Part shown: positions 42,356 through 54,615 of the stretch, in pieces
How the letters are laid out: each line of letters begins with the position of its first letter
Numbering within the stretch: position 1 is the first letter of the stretch
Source of the DNA: Escherichia coli
Lineage (GTDB): Bacteria > Pseudomonadota > Gammaproteobacteria > Enterobacterales > Enterobacteriaceae
Length of the DNA stretch: 64,000 nucleotides
Assembly: GCF_030013595.1 (NCBI RefSeq)
Contig: NZ_CP122768.1
Reading direction: 5' to 3' (one strand)
Made by a program: the position numbers and the translations under genes
The notes under the pieces: model-generated
Seen by the model: only the letters and a program-made list of their open reading frames with translations
Database searches by the model: none
What the model was told of the DNA's origin: nothing

Positions 42356-43954
42356 ATGGTAACTCGGACAATGCAACAAAAGTATCAGTATGATCGTGTT
42401 TTATCCGGCGAACTCCACCCATTCCCTGGCATATACGAGGCGGTTTCCGAACAAATCCTTTTGCTCATTTTTAAAGCACGTCAACTATATCAGGATCCAG
42501 AATATCGCCCCTGGTTTGAAGAACAGCACAGAGTACTCTCTGCATTACGTGCCAATACAGAGCTCCTGAGAATCTTTAGAGAACAAAGAAGCGCTGAAGA
42601 ACCAAAGCTTACTATTGAAGAGTCTACCTCCCCCCAACCCACTCCTTCTGCTCTTACAGATGCGCTTAATGTGATGTGCCATTTATACAATGGTTTTGAT
42701 GAAGGAAATATCAGTCTGAAAACTTGGGGGGCGATGCAAGAGGTACAGACAACATCAACCTTTATCAGCCCAGGACCGAGAACCTGGAAAACACCTGAAC
42801 TGGCAAAGTTTGTAGGAGATGATTTATTTAATATTCTGACTGAATGTAAGGCCTGGAGTTCACCAATTCCAGCAGAAACCCGACAGGGGTATTGCCATCA
42901 GGATCTGTCTGTTGCACACTCCTGCACCTCAGAGTTACTGGCACACCTGAATCAATATCATGAAATTGATGAATCAGCAATACTTGCCAGAGTTATTGGT
43001 ATAACAGTTAACGGATTCTACAAGAAAAATAATACAGACCTTCCAGAATGGCTATCCCCCTTTAAAGAGGAACATAAAATATTCAGAGATTGTCCGGAGC
43101 AAAATACCGGGGATGTAATCAGACGGAAAGAACAACTGTTGAAAACAGGACGTACAGAATTCGTGAATAATTTGTGTCGGGTCGCCAACTGGTATGAAAT
43201 TGAGTCAATATACGATGAATACGTCCGTCTTTATGCCAATGAAATCATTGACTGGTTCAACAAAACCATGAAGTATTTTAAACCAACAGATTTTATCCGA
43301 TATACATGGAAATTCGCAACAGTTACTCCGGATAAAGATACAGAAACCGGGCATACAACTGCATGGGAAAAGGATTATTGCCAGATAACCATACAACGTG
43401 ATGAACTTCTGAGGTTGATTCACACCAATACCCTTCAGGATGCAGTAATTTATCTTTGTCATTGTCTACAGAAGGAATACAAGAAATCATCCCAAAATGA
43501 GATAGAGTTCCCAGGAATAAAACCTCCGACATCAGAGAGTAAAATTAATATAACAAATAATATTAAATTTCATTCTCTCCTGGAGCTCAGTAAAGATAAT
43601 GAGAAGCGTCTGGAAACATTTCAAAAATGGTATGAAAAAAATAAAGTTTTGTTAGAAAGTCATAAACAAAAACGAACAGAGAAGATTGACGTTGCCGTAC
43701 GACTTGTAGGGCTGAAAGCCTATGATCTGCATGAAGGGATTCCGGATAGTCCAAAACGAAAAGTTAAAGATGGCATAAATGAAGACATCAAAGCCGATAC
43801 CAGTTTACGCCTGTCAAAGACAAATATAAGTGATACGTCGCTAAACCGTTATCGCCGCACTGTTAAGGAGATTATCAATAACGAAATTGACGCATTCCTG
43901 TTGGAACAGAAGAAAAAAATAAAAGATTTCCCTACAGTGAAGATAGAGATGTGA
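42356..43954 (+). CDS. Hypothetical protein, 532 aa, no recognisable domain
   Basis: Long uninterrupted ORF in an AT-rich segment; no Walker, nuclease or HTH motif found by eye; start codon uncertain, no clear SD. Confidence 0.55.
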   Translation: MVTRTMQQKYQYDRVLSGELHPFPGIYEAVSEQILLLIFKARQLYQDPEYRPWFEEQHRVLSALRANTELLRIFREQRSAEEPKLTIEESTSPQPTPSALTDALNVMCHLYNGFDEGNISLKTWGAMQEVQTTSTFISPGPRTWKTPELAKFVGDDLFNILTECKAWSSPIPAETRQGYCHQDLSVAHSCTSELLAHLNQYHEIDESAILARVIGITVNGFYKKNNTDLPEWLSPFKEEHKIFRDCPEQNTGDVIRRKEQLLKTGRTEFVNNLCRVANWYEIESIYDEYVRLYANEIIDWFNKTMKYFKPTDFIRYTWKFATVTPDKDTETGHTTAWEKDYCQITIQRDELLRLIHTNTLQDAVIYLCHCLQKEYKKSSQNEIEFPGIKPPTSESKINITNNIKFHSLLELSKDNEKRLETFQKWYEKNKVLLESHKQKRTEKIDVAVRLVGLKAYDLHEGIPDSPKRKVKDGINEDIKADTSLRLSKTNISDTSLNRYRRTVKEIINNEIDAFLLEQKKKIKDFPTVKIEM

Positions 43955-44078
43955 TTCGACCTTTATGGGGAAAATGCCTGACCGGGCAGTAGATCACAGA
44001 TGGGATAACATCCCGGTTATCCCCTGTTTGTTCTGCTTCAGGTTGCCAGAGCTCCAGGAACACGAGGCAATCGGCAAA

Positions 44079-44675
44079 TTATGCGGCTTTTCCATTAACA
44101 GATTCGGCCACAAGAACAACACCGTGTTTGTTTCGATCAGGATGTTCACTCCAGATTTCTGATTCAGGAATACTTTCCCCATCATAGCAGATCCGATCAC
44201 CATCAAACGGATAATACCGTGCGGAATCTGTATCTAAGATAAACACCTTAAGATTCGTTGAACGACGCGCTATATGCTGCCAGAGGGCTTTACCTCCTTC
44301 ATATTGCTCGTTATCACTTAATAGTATAACGCCTGCTTTTGTGGCTATTGTTTCATAAACAAACGTAGCAAGGCTAACATCACGTACAGCACCATCGACA
44401 ACAATCCCTTCAATCTGAGCAACGTCCTGTTCTTCCCAGAATTTCCGGACAAACACCCCTTCAAGCTGTGAACGACGCTGAAGCTCCAGAGTGGCAACAA
44501 CCTTATGGCGAATATCACCATCAATAACAGAAGGTGCAGCTTCGATTACCGCAGCGAACGGAGTCTTTGGATCCCAGATGATCTGGTAAAGCACACCCTG
44601 AATAGTTACTCCATCCAGTATCGAAAAACGACGAGCTACAGTAGCAGGGGAGTAAGACATTGGAATGACAGCCAT
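44079..44675 (-). CDS. Hypothetical protein, 198 aa
   Basis: ORF adjacent to thrW inside the island; no recognised motif. Confidence 0.5.
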   Translation of the reverse strand: MAVIPMSYSPATVARRFSILDGVTIQGVLYQIIWDPKTPFAAVIEAAPSVIDGDIRHKVVATLELQRRSQLEGVFVRKFWEEQDVAQIEGIVVDGAVRDVSLATFVYETIATKAGVILLSDNEQYEGGKALWQHIARRSTNLKVFILDTDSARYYPFDGDRICYDGESIPESEIWSEHPDRNKHGVVLVAESVNGKAA

Positions 44676-44975
44676 TTTATGGCCTAAAATTTGAAAACAT
44701 CAGTATCAATACTGACCTCATCAGTCTGAGCATATATTGATAAAGTTTTTATGTTTACACTCAATAAATACCTTACCAAACAACTAATAGCGATGTCTAC
44801 ATTGCCATTCGACATGCTTACAATTTTTGTCAACAAGAAAGTGAATTTATATCAACGGTAAGAAGTAAACACGAGGACACCAAAACCAAATGTACACACT
44901 TTTGTGCTTTGTGTCCCCTGTGTGTACCCAAATGACAAACTGCAAGAAAATCTAGGCACACACTTATCTAACTTA

Positions 44976-45031
44976 TTGATTTAAATGGTGCCGATAATAG
45001 GAGTCGAACCTACGACCTTCGCATTACGAAT
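44976..45031 (-). repeat. Island-junction direct repeat overlapping the 3' part of thrW
   Basis: 56 bp match to 16635-16690 with 2 mismatches. Confidence 0.85.
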
Positions 45032-45061
45032 GCGCTGCTCTACCAACTGAGCTATATCGGC
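44986..45061 (-). tRNA. thrW: tRNA-Thr (anticodon CGT)
   Basis: Reverse complement reads GCCGATATAGCTCAGTTGGTAGAGCAGCGCATTCGTAATGCGAAGGTCGTAGGTTCGACTCCTATTATCGGCACCA; 76 nt with CCA end, located next to proA. Confidence 0.95.
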
Positions 45062-45175
45062 CCTGAAAGGACATGTTCACGAACGTGAATCACGGTGGAC
45101 AAGGTTAAAACTAACCGGGCGATGCGTCAATGGCCTTGTGAATCAAATGGCTACTTTTGCATCACCCGGTTTTAT

Positions 45176-46429
45176 TTACGCACGAATGGTGTAATCACCA
45201 ATGCCGATCCACTTGTAAGTGGTCAGTGCTTCCAGCCCCATTGGGCCACGCGCGTGGAGTTTTTGTGTGCTTACCGCCACTTCCGCACCCAGACCAAACT
45301 GGCCGCCATCGGTAAAACGCGTAGAGGCGTTAACGTAAACAGCGGACGAATCCACTTCGTTAACAAAACGCTGGGCGTTGCGCATATCGCGGGTCAGGAT
45401 CGCATCGGAGTGTTGTGTGCCGTGTTCACGAATATGGGCGATGGCATCGTCAAGATCGCTGACGATTTTAACGTTCAAATCTAATGACAGAAACTCATCG
45501 TCATACTCTTCGGCTTTAACAGCCACCACCTTCGCGGGGCCTGCCTGCAACTGCGCCAGCGCAGCTACATCTGCGTGTAATGCCACGCTGCTTTCCGCCA
45601 TTTGCTTGCTTAATGCGGGCAGGAAGCTATCGGCGATGTTTTTATTTACCAGCAACGTTTCTACCGTATTACATGTGCTCGGACGCTGAGTTTTTGCGTT
45701 GACGATTACTTTCAGGGCTTCAGCGATCTCTGCACTTTCATCAACGTAAATATGGCATACGCCTATACCGCCTGTGATCACTGGGATTGTCGACTGTTCG
45801 CGGCACAGCTTATGCAGGCCAGCGCCTCCACGCGGGATCAGCATGTCGATGTATTTATCCATACGCAGCATTTCACTGACCAGCGCACGGTCAGGATTAT
45901 CAATCGCCTGCACGGCACCCGCCGGTAAGCCGCAGGATTTCAGGGCGTCCTGAATCACCGCTACCGTTGCAGCGTTAGTGCGACAGGTTTCTTTGCCACC
46001 ACGCAGGATCACCGCGTTACCGGTTTTCAGGCACAGCGAAGCGACATCAACCGTCACGTTCGGGCGCGCTTCATAAATCACGCCAATAACCCCCAGCGGT
46101 ACGCGACGACGCTCAAGACGCAGGCCGCTGTCCAGTACGCCGCCATCGATTACCTGCCCCACCGGATCGGCGAGATTACACACCTGACGCACATCGTCGG
46201 CGATGCCTTTCAGCCGTGCGGGCGTCAGTGCCAGACGGTCAAGCATCGCTTCGCTAAGGCCATTGGCACGCGCGTCAGCAACATCCTGGGCGTTAGCGTT
46301 GAGGATGATTTCGCTTTGTGCTTCCAGTTCATCGGCGATTTTTTCCAGCACGCGATTTTTTTCGCGGCTGGAGAGTTGCGCTAATTTATACGAGGCTTGC
46401 TTCGCGGCAATGCCCATTTGTTCCAGCAT
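45176..46429 (-). CDS. proA: Gamma-glutamyl phosphate reductase
   Basis: 417 aa; recalled match to ProA; conserved proBA operon. Confidence 0.95.
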   Translation of the reverse strand: MLEQMGIAAKQASYKLAQLSSREKNRVLEKIADELEAQSEIILNANAQDVADARANGLSEAMLDRLALTPARLKGIADDVRQVCNLADPVGQVIDGGVLDSGLRLERRRVPLGVIGVIYEARPNVTVDVASLCLKTGNAVILRGGKETCRTNAATVAVIQDALKSCGLPAGAVQAIDNPDRALVSEMLRMDKYIDMLIPRGGAGLHKLCREQSTIPVITGGIGVCHIYVDESAEIAEALKVIVNAKTQRPSTCNTVETLLVNKNIADSFLPALSKQMAESSVALHADVAALAQLQAGPAKVVAVKAEEYDDEFLSLDLNVKIVSDLDDAIAHIREHGTQHSDAILTRDMRNAQRFVNEVDSSAVYVNASTRFTDGGQFGLGAEVAVSTQKLHARGPMGLEALTTYKWIGIGDYTIRA

Positions 46430-46440
46430 CGGCCAGCTCC

Positions 46441-47544
46441 TTAACGGGTAATCATGTCATCACGGTGAACGGCAACCGGGCCATATTCATATCCCAGTAT
46501 TGCATCAATTTCTTGCGAGTGGTGTCCGGCAATGCGGCGTAACGAATCGCTGTTGTAACGACTGACGCCGTGAGCGATATCGCGACCTTCGAGGTTGCAA
46601 ATGCGGATGACTTCACCACGCGAGAAATTGCCAGTCACGCTTTTAATGCCTTTCGGCAACAGGGAGCTGCCGCGTTCAAGAATGGCGGCAGTTGCGCCTT
46701 CATCTACCGTGATTTCACCCGCCGGCGGCGCACCGAAAATCCAGCGTTTGCGGTTTTCAAGCGGAGTCGCCTGGGCATGGAACAACGTACCGACGGAGAT
46801 GCCTTCCATCACATCACCAATAACGCCCGGCTTGCTGCCCGCGGCAATAATGGTGTCGATACCCGCACGGCAAGCCACGTCCGCGGCCTGCAATTTGGTA
46901 CTCATGCCGCCAGTTCCGAGGCCTGAAACGCTGTCGCCAGCAATCGCTCGCAGTGCGTCATCAATGCCGTAAACATCTTTAATCAGTTCTGCCTGCGGAT
47001 TGCTGCGCGGGTCAGCGGTATACAAACCTTTTTGATCGGTCAGCAGCAACAGTTTATCGGCACCCGCCAGAATCGCCGCCAGCGCAGAAAGGTTATCGTT
47101 ATCGCCGACCTTAATCTCTGCAGTCGCGACAGCATCGTTCTCATTGATTACCGGAACGATATTGTTATCGAGCAACGCACGCAGGGTGTCGCGGGCGTTC
47201 AGGAAGCGTTCACGGTCTTCCATATCAGCACGGGTCAGCAGCATTTGCCCGACGTGAATGCCATAAATCGAAAACAGCTGTTCCCACAGTTGAATCAGTC
47301 GACTCTGCCCTACCGCCGCCAGCAGTTGTTTCGAGGCGATAGTCGCTGGCAGTTCTGGGTAACCCAGGTGCTCACGTCCGGCGGCAATCGCGCCCGACGT
47401 CACAATAACAATCCGATGCCCGGCGGCATGTAACTGCGCGCACTGGCGAACGAGTTCAACAATATGGGCACGGTTCAGGCGGCGCGATCCGCCTGTTAGC
47501 ACACTGGTGCCGAGTTTTACCACCAGCGTCTGGCTGTCACTCAT
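46441..47544 (-). CDS. proB: Glutamate 5-kinase
   Basis: 367 aa from [16 protein letters not shown] with C-terminal PUA domain; ORF track start 47631 is an extension. Confidence 0.95.
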   Translation of the reverse strand: MSDSQTLVVKLGTSVLTGGSRRLNRAHIVELVRQCAQLHAAGHRIVIVTSGAIAAGREHLGYPELPATIASKQLLAAVGQSRLIQLWEQLFSIYGIHVGQMLLTRADMEDRERFLNARDTLRALLDNNIVPVINENDAVATAEIKVGDNDNLSALAAILAGADKLLLLTDQKGLYTADPRSNPQAELIKDVYGIDDALRAIAGDSVSGLGTGGMSTKLQAADVACRAGIDTIIAAGSKPGVIGDVMEGISVGTLFHAQATPLENRKRWIFGAPPAGEITVDEGATAAILERGSSLLPKGIKSVTGNFSRGEVIRICNLEGRDIAHGVSRYNSDSLRRIAGHHSQEIDAILGYEYGPVAVHRDDMITR

Positions 47545-47831
47545 GATTCTCTGCCATTCAATTTTAGGAAAAATGATATCAAACGAACGTTTTAGCAGGA
47601 CTGTCGTCGGTTGCCAACCATCTGCGAGCAAAGCATGGCGTTTTGTTGCGCGGGATCAGCAAGCGTAGCGGCAGTTGTTTACGCTTTTATTACAGATTTA
47701 ATAAATTACCACATTTTAAGAATATTATTAATCTGTAATATATCTTTAACAATCTCAGGTTAAAAACTTTCCTGTTTTCAACGGGACTCTCCCGCTGAAT
47801 ATTCGCGCGTTAATTAAAATCAGGAATGAAA

Positions 47832-48887
47832 ATGAAAAAGAGCACTCTGGCATTAGTGGTGATGGGCATTGTGGCATCTGCATCCGTACAGGCCGCAGAA
47901 ATATATAACAAAGACGGTAATAAACTGGATGTCTATGGCAAAGTTAAAGCCATGCATTATATGAGTGATAACGACAGTAAAGATGGCGACCAGAGTTATA
48001 TCCGTTTTGGTTTTAAAGGCGAAACACAAATTAACGATCAACTGACGGGTTATGGTCGTTGGGAAGCAGAGTTTGCCGGTAATAAAGCGGAGAGTGATAC
48101 TGCACAGCAAAAAACGCGTCTCGCTTTTGCCGGGTTGAAATATAAAGATTTGGGTTCTTTCGATTATGGTCGTAACCTGGGCGCGCTGTATGACGTGGAA
48201 GCCTGGACCGATATGTTCCCGGAATTTGGTGGCGACTCCTCGGCGCAGACCGACAACTTTATGACCAAACGCGCCAGCGGTCTGGCCACTTACCGTAACA
48301 CTGACTTCTTCGGCGTTATCGATGGCCTGAACTTAACCCTGCAATATCAAGGGAAAAACGAAAACCGCGACGTTAAAAAGCAAAACGGCGATGGCTTCGG
48401 TACGTCATTGACATATGACTTTGGTGGCAGCGATTTCGCCATCAGTGGGGCCTATACCAACTCCGATCGCACTAACGAGCAGAACCTGCAAAGCCGTGGC
48501 ACAGGCAAGCGTGCAGAAGCATGGGCAACAGGTCTGAAATACGATGCCAATAATATTTATCTGGCAACTTTCTATTCTGAAACACGCAAAATGACGCCAA
48601 TAACTGGCGGCTTTGCCAATAAGACACAGAACTTTGAAGCGGTCGCCCAATACCAGTTTGACTTTGGTCTGCGTCCGTCGCTGGGTTATGTCTTATCGAA
48701 AGGGAAAGATATTGAAGGCATCGGTGATGAAGATCTGGTCAACTATATCGATGTTGGTGCTACGTATTATTTCAACAAAAATATGTCGGCATTTGTTGAT
48801 TATAAAATAAACCAACTGGATAGCGATAATAAGCTGAACATCAATAATGATGATATTGTCGCGGTTGGCATGACCTATCAGTTTTAA
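47832..48887 (+). CDS. phoE: Outer membrane phosphoporin PhoE
   Basis: 351 aa porin with signal peptide [21 protein letters not shown] and C-terminal aromatic F. Confidence 0.9.
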   Translation: MKKSTLALVVMGIVASASVQAAEIYNKDGNKLDVYGKVKAMHYMSDNDSKDGDQSYIRFGFKGETQINDQLTGYGRWEAEFAGNKAESDTAQQKTRLAFAGLKYKDLGSFDYGRNLGALYDVEAWTDMFPEFGGDSSAQTDNFMTKRASGLATYRNTDFFGVIDGLNLTLQYQGKNENRDVKKQNGDGFGTSLTYDFGGSDFAISGAYTNSDRTNEQNLQSRGTGKRAEAWATGLKYDANNIYLATFYSETRKMTPITGGFANKTQNFEAVAQYQFDFGLRPSLGYVLSKGKDIEGIGDEDLVNYIDVGATYYFNKNMSAFVDYKINQLDSDNKLNINNDDIVAVGMTYQF

Positions 48888-48894
48888 TGGATAT

Positions 48895-48917
48895 TGCCGG
48901 ATGTGATGCATCCGGCA
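48895..48917. terminator. REP-like palindrome / bidirectional terminator between phoE and crl
   Basis: Inverted repeat tgccggatg / catccggca. Confidence 0.5.
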
Positions 48918-48925
48918 CATTTCAC

Positions 48926-49384
<459 letters not shown>

Positions 49385-50629
49385 TTAACACAATCGTTTT
49401 TCGATCCAGTCGGTGATTTCCTGAAGACCTTTGTCAAAATTCCGATACACCGGGTTAAATGGGATCTCTAATAATTTACCGTCAGCAGATGATGAGGTGA
49501 TTAAGCGTGAGTCCTCTTCCGGGCTGAACGGATCGTTCTTCCAGTAGCCTGATAACATTGGCGTTGGGCAGCGACGTCCCAGCAATCCTTGCACTTTTAA
49601 TGAATAGCGATTCAGCTCCACGCGCAACGCTTCGTCGGAAGCATCATGCATCCCCAAACGGCTCGCCAGAACGTCAAGATACATTTCCGGCACCTGTTGC
49701 TGGCACTTAAAATCACTCAACAGGGTATGAACTACCGGACCAAGACAGGCAACCGCTTTCAGACGCGGCGATTCAAGGTATGCCAGACGTACGGCAACGT
49801 TAGCGCCGAAACGGAAACCAAAGGCCGCGACACGAGTGTGATCTACCCACGGAACGTTAGGCAGCGCCTTTAAAACGTGCTGATGCAACAGGCTGGAGTC
49901 CTGGGTGAGCTTCCATTTTGAAGAAAAGCCCACCGACGGCATATCAATAGTCAGCATCGCAATGCCGCGCGGCGCAAAATAACGTTCATACAGGCTGTAA
50001 TAGTCCGTCTGCATCGCATCCAGACCACCACACATTAATACTGTCGGGAACGGGCCATCACCTTTCGGCATATGCAAAAAGCCGGTGATGGGCGCACCGC
50101 CGGGTACGGTAAACTCCATCTGCCGCATCGTGCCCGGCAGACGCTGAGCGGCCTCTTCATAGGCGCGGTTTGACAAAGCTTGCGCTTGCTCGGCCAGGTC
50201 ATCTCCTTTCAGATGAGGATAGGCGGCAATGTTGTACAACGTAGCCGCATGCAGCCAGTGTCGACCACTGAGTTGCGGATCTTCTTCCGCACAGGCTTTT
50301 TGTTGCCACACCATCGCCTGGGTGGCCCACTCATAAATCCAGTTGCCGCCGCGGTAGCCAATCACCGTATCGTATAAATCATCGTCGGTACGTTCGGCAT
50401 CGCTCATCACAATACGCGCCTGGACGTCGAGGATTTCACGTGGGTCAATGCCGCGCCAGATCCACATCAAACGGTTAATCATGCGATACCAGTGAGGGAT
50501 GGTTTTACCATCAAGGGCCGACTGCACAGGCGGTTGTGCGCCGTGATTAAAGCGGCGAACTAGCGTCGAGGTTTCAGGATGTTTAAAGCGGGGTTTGAAC
50601 AGGGTTTCGCTCAGGTTTGCCTGTGTCAT
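49385..50629 (-). CDS. frsA: Esterase FrsA
   Basis: 414 aa alpha/beta hydrolase; recalled match and conserved position. Confidence 0.9.
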
Positions 50630-50720
50630 GGATGCAGCCTCCAGAATACTTACTGGAAACTATTGTAACCTGCCTGAAGTTAAAAAGAACAACGCCCGGC
50701 AGTGCCAGGCGTTGAAAAGA

Positions 50721-51179
50721 TTAGCGACCGGAGATTGGCGGGACGAATACGACGCCCATATCCCACGGTTGTTCGATCCAGGTATCTTGCGGGATATCAA
50801 CAACATAATCATCAACCAGCGGACGACCGGCCGGTTTTGCGAAGATGGTGACAAAGTGCGCTTTTGGATACATTTCACGAATCGCAACCGCAGTACCACC
50901 GGTATCCACCAGGTCATCAATTACGATGAAGCCTTCGCCATCGCCTTCTGCGCGTTTCAGCACTTTAAGCTCGCGCTGGTTGTCGTGATCGTAGCTGGAA
51001 ATACAAACGGTATCGACATGACGAATACCCAGTTCACGCGCCAGTAACGCACCCGGTACCAGACCGCCACGGCTTACGGCAATAATGCCTTTCCATTGTT
51101 CAGAAGGCATCAGTCGGCTTGCGAGTTTACGTGCATGGATCTGCAACATGTCCCAGGTGACGATGTATTTTTCGCTCAT
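50721..51179 (-). CDS. gpt: Xanthine-guanine phosphoribosyltransferase
   Basis: 152 aa with PRPP-binding motif [11 protein letters not shown]. Confidence 0.9.
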
Positions 51180-51439
51180 GTGAAGTGTCCCAGCCTGTTT
51201 ATCTACGGCTTAAAAAGTGTTCGAGGGGAAAATAGGTTGCGCGAGATTATAGAGATCTGGCGCACTAAAAACCAGTATTTCACATGAGTCCGCGTCTTTT
51301 TACGCACTGCCTCTCCCTGACGCGGGATAAAGTGGTATTCTCAAACATATCTCGCAAGCCTGTCTTGTGTTGACAACATTTTCTGCTAACCCTGTGACCT
51401 GCAATACTGTTTTGCGGGTGATCGACAAGGAGACTTAAC

Positions 51440-52897
51440 GTGTCTGAACTGTCTCAATTATCTCCACAGCCGCTGTGGGATATTTTTGCCAAAATCTGTT
51501 CTATTCCTCACCCGTCCTATCATGAAGAGCAACTCGCTGAATACATTGTTGGTTGGGCAAAAGAGAAAGGTTTCCATGTCGAACGCGATCAGGTAGGTAA
51601 TATCCTGATTCGTAAACCTGCTACCGCAGGTATGGAAAATCGTAAACCGGTCGTCTTACAGGCCCACCTCGATATGGTGCCGCAGAAAAATAACGACACC
51701 GTGCATGACTTCACGAAAGATCCTATCCAGCCTTATATTGATGGTGAATGGGTTAAAGCGCGCGGCACCACGCTGGGTGCGGATAACGGCATTGGTATGG
51801 CCTCTGCACTGGCGGTTCTGGCTGACGAAAACGTGGTTCACGGCCCGCTGGAAGTGCTGCTGACCATGACCGAAGAAGCCGGTATGGACGGTGCGTTCGG
51901 CTTACAGAGCAACTGGTTGCAGGCTGATATTCTGATTAACACCGACTCCGAAGAAGAAGGTGAAATCTACATGGGTTGCGCGGGGGGTATCGACTTCACC
52001 TCCAACCTGCATTTAGATCGTGAAGCAGTTCCAGCTGGTTTTGAAACCTTCAAGTTAACCTTAAAAGGTCTGAAAGGCGGTCACTCCGGCGGTGAAATCC
52101 ACGTTGGCCTGGGTAATGCCAACAAACTGCTGGTGCGCTTCCTGGCGGGTCATGCAGAAGAACTGGACCTGCGCCTTATCGATTTCAACGGCGGCACACT
52201 GCGTAACGCCATCCCGCGTGAAGCCTTTGCGACCATTGCTGTCGCAGCTGATAAAGTCGACGCACTGAAATCTCTGGTGAATACCTATCAGGAGATCCTG
52301 AAAAACGAGCTGGCAGAGAAAGAGAAAAATCTGGCCTTGTTGCTGGACTCTGTTGCGAACGATAAAGCTGCCCTGATTGCGAAATCTCGCGATACCTTTA
52401 TTCGTCTGCTGAACGCCACCCCGAACGGTGTGATCCGCAACTCCGACGTGGCAAAAGGTGTGGTCGAAACCTCCCTGAACGTCGGTGTGGTGACCATGAC
52501 TGACAATAACGTAGAAATTCACTGCCTGATCCGTTCTCTGATCGACAGCGGTAAAGACTACGTGGTGAGCATGCTGGATTCGCTGGGTAAACTGGCTGGC
52601 GCGAAAACCGAAGCGAAAGGCGCATATCCTGGCTGGAAGCCGGACGCTAATTCTCCGGTGATGCATCTGGTACGTGAAACTTATCAGCGTCTGTTCAACA
52701 AGACGCCGAACATCCAGATTATCCACGCGGGCCTGGAATGTGGTCTGTTCAAAAAACCGTATCCGGAAATGGACATGGTTTCTATCGGGCCAACAATCAC
52801 CGGTCCACACTCTCCGGATGAGCAAGTTCATATCGAAAGCGTTGGTCATTACTGGACACTGCTGACTGAACTGCTGAAAGAAATTCCGACGAAGTAA
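51440..52897 (+). CDS. pepD: Cytosol non-specific dipeptidase PepD (aminoacyl-histidine dipeptidase)
   Basis: 485 aa with GTG start; M20-family metal-binding motifs. Confidence 0.9.
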   Translation: MSELSQLSPQPLWDIFAKICSIPHPSYHEEQLAEYIVGWAKEKGFHVERDQVGNILIRKPATAGMENRKPVVLQAHLDMVPQKNNDTVHDFTKDPIQPYIDGEWVKARGTTLGADNGIGMASALAVLADENVVHGPLEVLLTMTEEAGMDGAFGLQSNWLQADILINTDSEEEGEIYMGCAGGIDFTSNLHLDREAVPAGFETFKLTLKGLKGGHSGGEIHVGLGNANKLLVRFLAGHAEELDLRLIDFNGGTLRNAIPREAFATIAVAADKVDALKSLVNTYQEILKNELAEKEKNLALLLDSVANDKAALIAKSRDTFIRLLNATPNGVIRNSDVAKGVVETSLNVGVVTMTDNNVEIHCLIRSLIDSGKDYVVSMLDSLGKLAGAKTEAKGAYPGWKPDANSPVMHLVRETYQRLFNKTPNIQIIHAGLECGLFKKPYPEMDMVSIGPTITGPHSPDEQVHIESVGHYWTLLTELLKEIPTK

Positions 52898-52953
52898 TTA
52901 TTTGATTTGCTGCCGGATGGCGTTTAATCGTCTTCCGGCAGTTTCATCCTTCA

Positions 52954-53342
52954 TTATCCTTCGATAAAAGCCATCCCTGTAAATGTCCGTCTCGGGTTGC
53001 CACGTTCAATCTGGTGATGGAACATTCGCCGCTGCGATTTCAGCACCGCGCTATTTTCCTGTTGCTGTTGTTCCAGCTTCCAGGCAATCAGCAATCGCGC
53101 CAGCAGCTTGTTAGCATGCCCAGAAACCAGTTTTTGCGCCCATGATGAGGCCGATACGGACTCGGACAAATCCACTGAATAGTGCCGCACCAACTTTCGC
53201 TTAATGCCCATGCGTTATCGCCATCCAGAGAAATCAGCGCCGAACGCAGCGTGTCAGAGTAGCGGCCCGTTTCTGTTTCCAGCACCGTTACCGCGACGTC
53301 TTGCCGGGTAAAAACGACCAACAGAGAATAACGCTGCGCCAA
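52954..53342 (-). pseudogene. prfH: prfH-type peptide chain release factor homolog, fragmented
   Basis: Two overlapping partial ORFs carry recalled PrfH segments ([27 protein letters not shown] and [21 protein letters not shown]...[12 protein letters not shown]); middle part lost or frameshifted. Confidence 0.7.
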
Positions 53343-53508
53343 TCGGGTAGCCGCGTCCGGGGTGTAAATCTGGCATCCCTACTACGCGCTGCATGTTGGG
53401 TAAATTTGCCGTGGTGTGTAATTGTTGAATCGCTAAACTCTCGATCCGCAGGTCATCAGATGCGATGGTAAATACCGCATCGGATAAGGGACGAATATAT
53501 TTGCCCAT
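53254..53508 (-). pseudogene. ykfJ: ykfJ, N-terminal remnant of an RtcB-like RNA ligase gene
   Basis: About 66 aa of RtcB-like N-terminus (MGKYIRPLSDAVFTIASDDL...[16 protein letters not shown]) then unrelated sequence. Confidence 0.6.
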
Positions 53509-53752
53509 GTATCATTCCATTTATACTCGTCATACTTCAAGTTGCATGTACTGCGACTCGAATTATTTAGAGTATATAAATATAAAAATCAGGAAATGGC
53601 AGACGAATCCAGGGCAAGAAAAAAGAATTAATCCTGGAAAGGTCTGCAAAGAGTCATTGATAAAGGATTTGTCATGATTTACCTCCTTGCAGTTTGTGGA
53701 ATAAGAAAACGCGCACATACCAGGCGGGTGTTATTTTCATTGCAAGCTGGAT

Positions 53753-54205
53753 TTAATGTTGCGGTTTATATCGCATAGAAAAATTAGTAAACCACGCTCC
53801 CCTGCATTCAACGCGCTGCTGCTTAACTGTCTGAAAACCATAACGTTCAAAAAAGGGTTTTGCGGTTATGCTGGCGTCCACCGTAAGTTCGGATTCAGAC
53901 TTAATCAAAGGTTTTAACAAAGCGCTGGCAACCCCACGGCGGGTGTATTCAGGGTCAACAAATAACATATCGATATAATGTTCAATGCGGGAAATAAAAC
54001 CAACCGGTTGTGCATTAATGATCGCAACCCACACTTGTGATTTCGCGAGTTTCTCCTTCCAGCGAGATTCGTCAATCTGCGCCCAGGCGGCAATTTGTTG
54101 TGGTGAATAATGCTGACTGGCGGTCATCGTAACCGCTCTAATGAAAATAGCGCATAGTTGCTGAAAATCGCCAGGCTGATAATCTCTTATTTGTATGTTA
54201 TTCAT
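53753..54205 (-). CDS. yafP: GNAT-family acetyltransferase YafP
   Basis: 150 aa; recalled match, conserved dinB-yafN-yafO-yafP order. Confidence 0.85.
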   Translation of the reverse strand: MNNIQIRDYQPGDFQQLCAIFIRAVTMTASQHYSPQQIAAWAQIDESRWKEKLAKSQVWVAIINAQPVGFISRIEHYIDMLFVDPEYTRRGVASALLKPLIKSESELTVDASITAKPFFERYGFQTVKQQRVECRGAWFTNFSMRYKPQH

Positions 54206-54214
54206 AATATAAAT

Positions 54215-54613
54215 TCAAAAACGCATGCGAAACGCTTCTGCCATTTTTCCAATTTTATGCATTTGGTTGTTATCTCGAGCCAGTTTATGAGGTTCAGGCT
54301 TCAGAATGGCAATGAGCAACCATGCTTGCTCATCAAACGCACCCTGACAATATACCAAATGCGCTTCGTCATTCGTTCTGCTGAATTGGCGCAACTGTGG
54401 CGGAAATGGATTATTCACATTTGCCAGATGAATATGAGCAACTCGCTCAAATTTGATTAATGGCCAGGTAAACGAGTCGTCGTAGAGTGCATCGCGACCA
54501 AATATATCTGGCAAAATACCGTCACGCTTATAGGAAATAAAATCCGCCGTTAACGCATCAAGTTCCTCTGCTGTAAGTTGCAGGCGAATAAGTTTTGTTT
54601 TGAATACCCGCAT
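54215..54613 (-). CDS. yafO: YafO ribosome-dependent mRNA interferase toxin
   Basis: 132 aa; recalled match and context. Confidence 0.85.
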   Translation of the reverse strand: MRVFKTKLIRLQLTAEELDALTADFISYKRDGILPDIFGRDALYDDSFTWPLIKFERVAHIHLANVNNPFPPQLRQFSRTNDEAHLVYCQGAFDEQAWLLIAILKPEPHKLARDNNQMHKIGKMAEAFRMRF

Positions 54614-54615
54614 CC

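Noticed and set aside
52061-52849. 262 aa minus-strand ORF
   Set aside because: Lies entirely antisense within pepD
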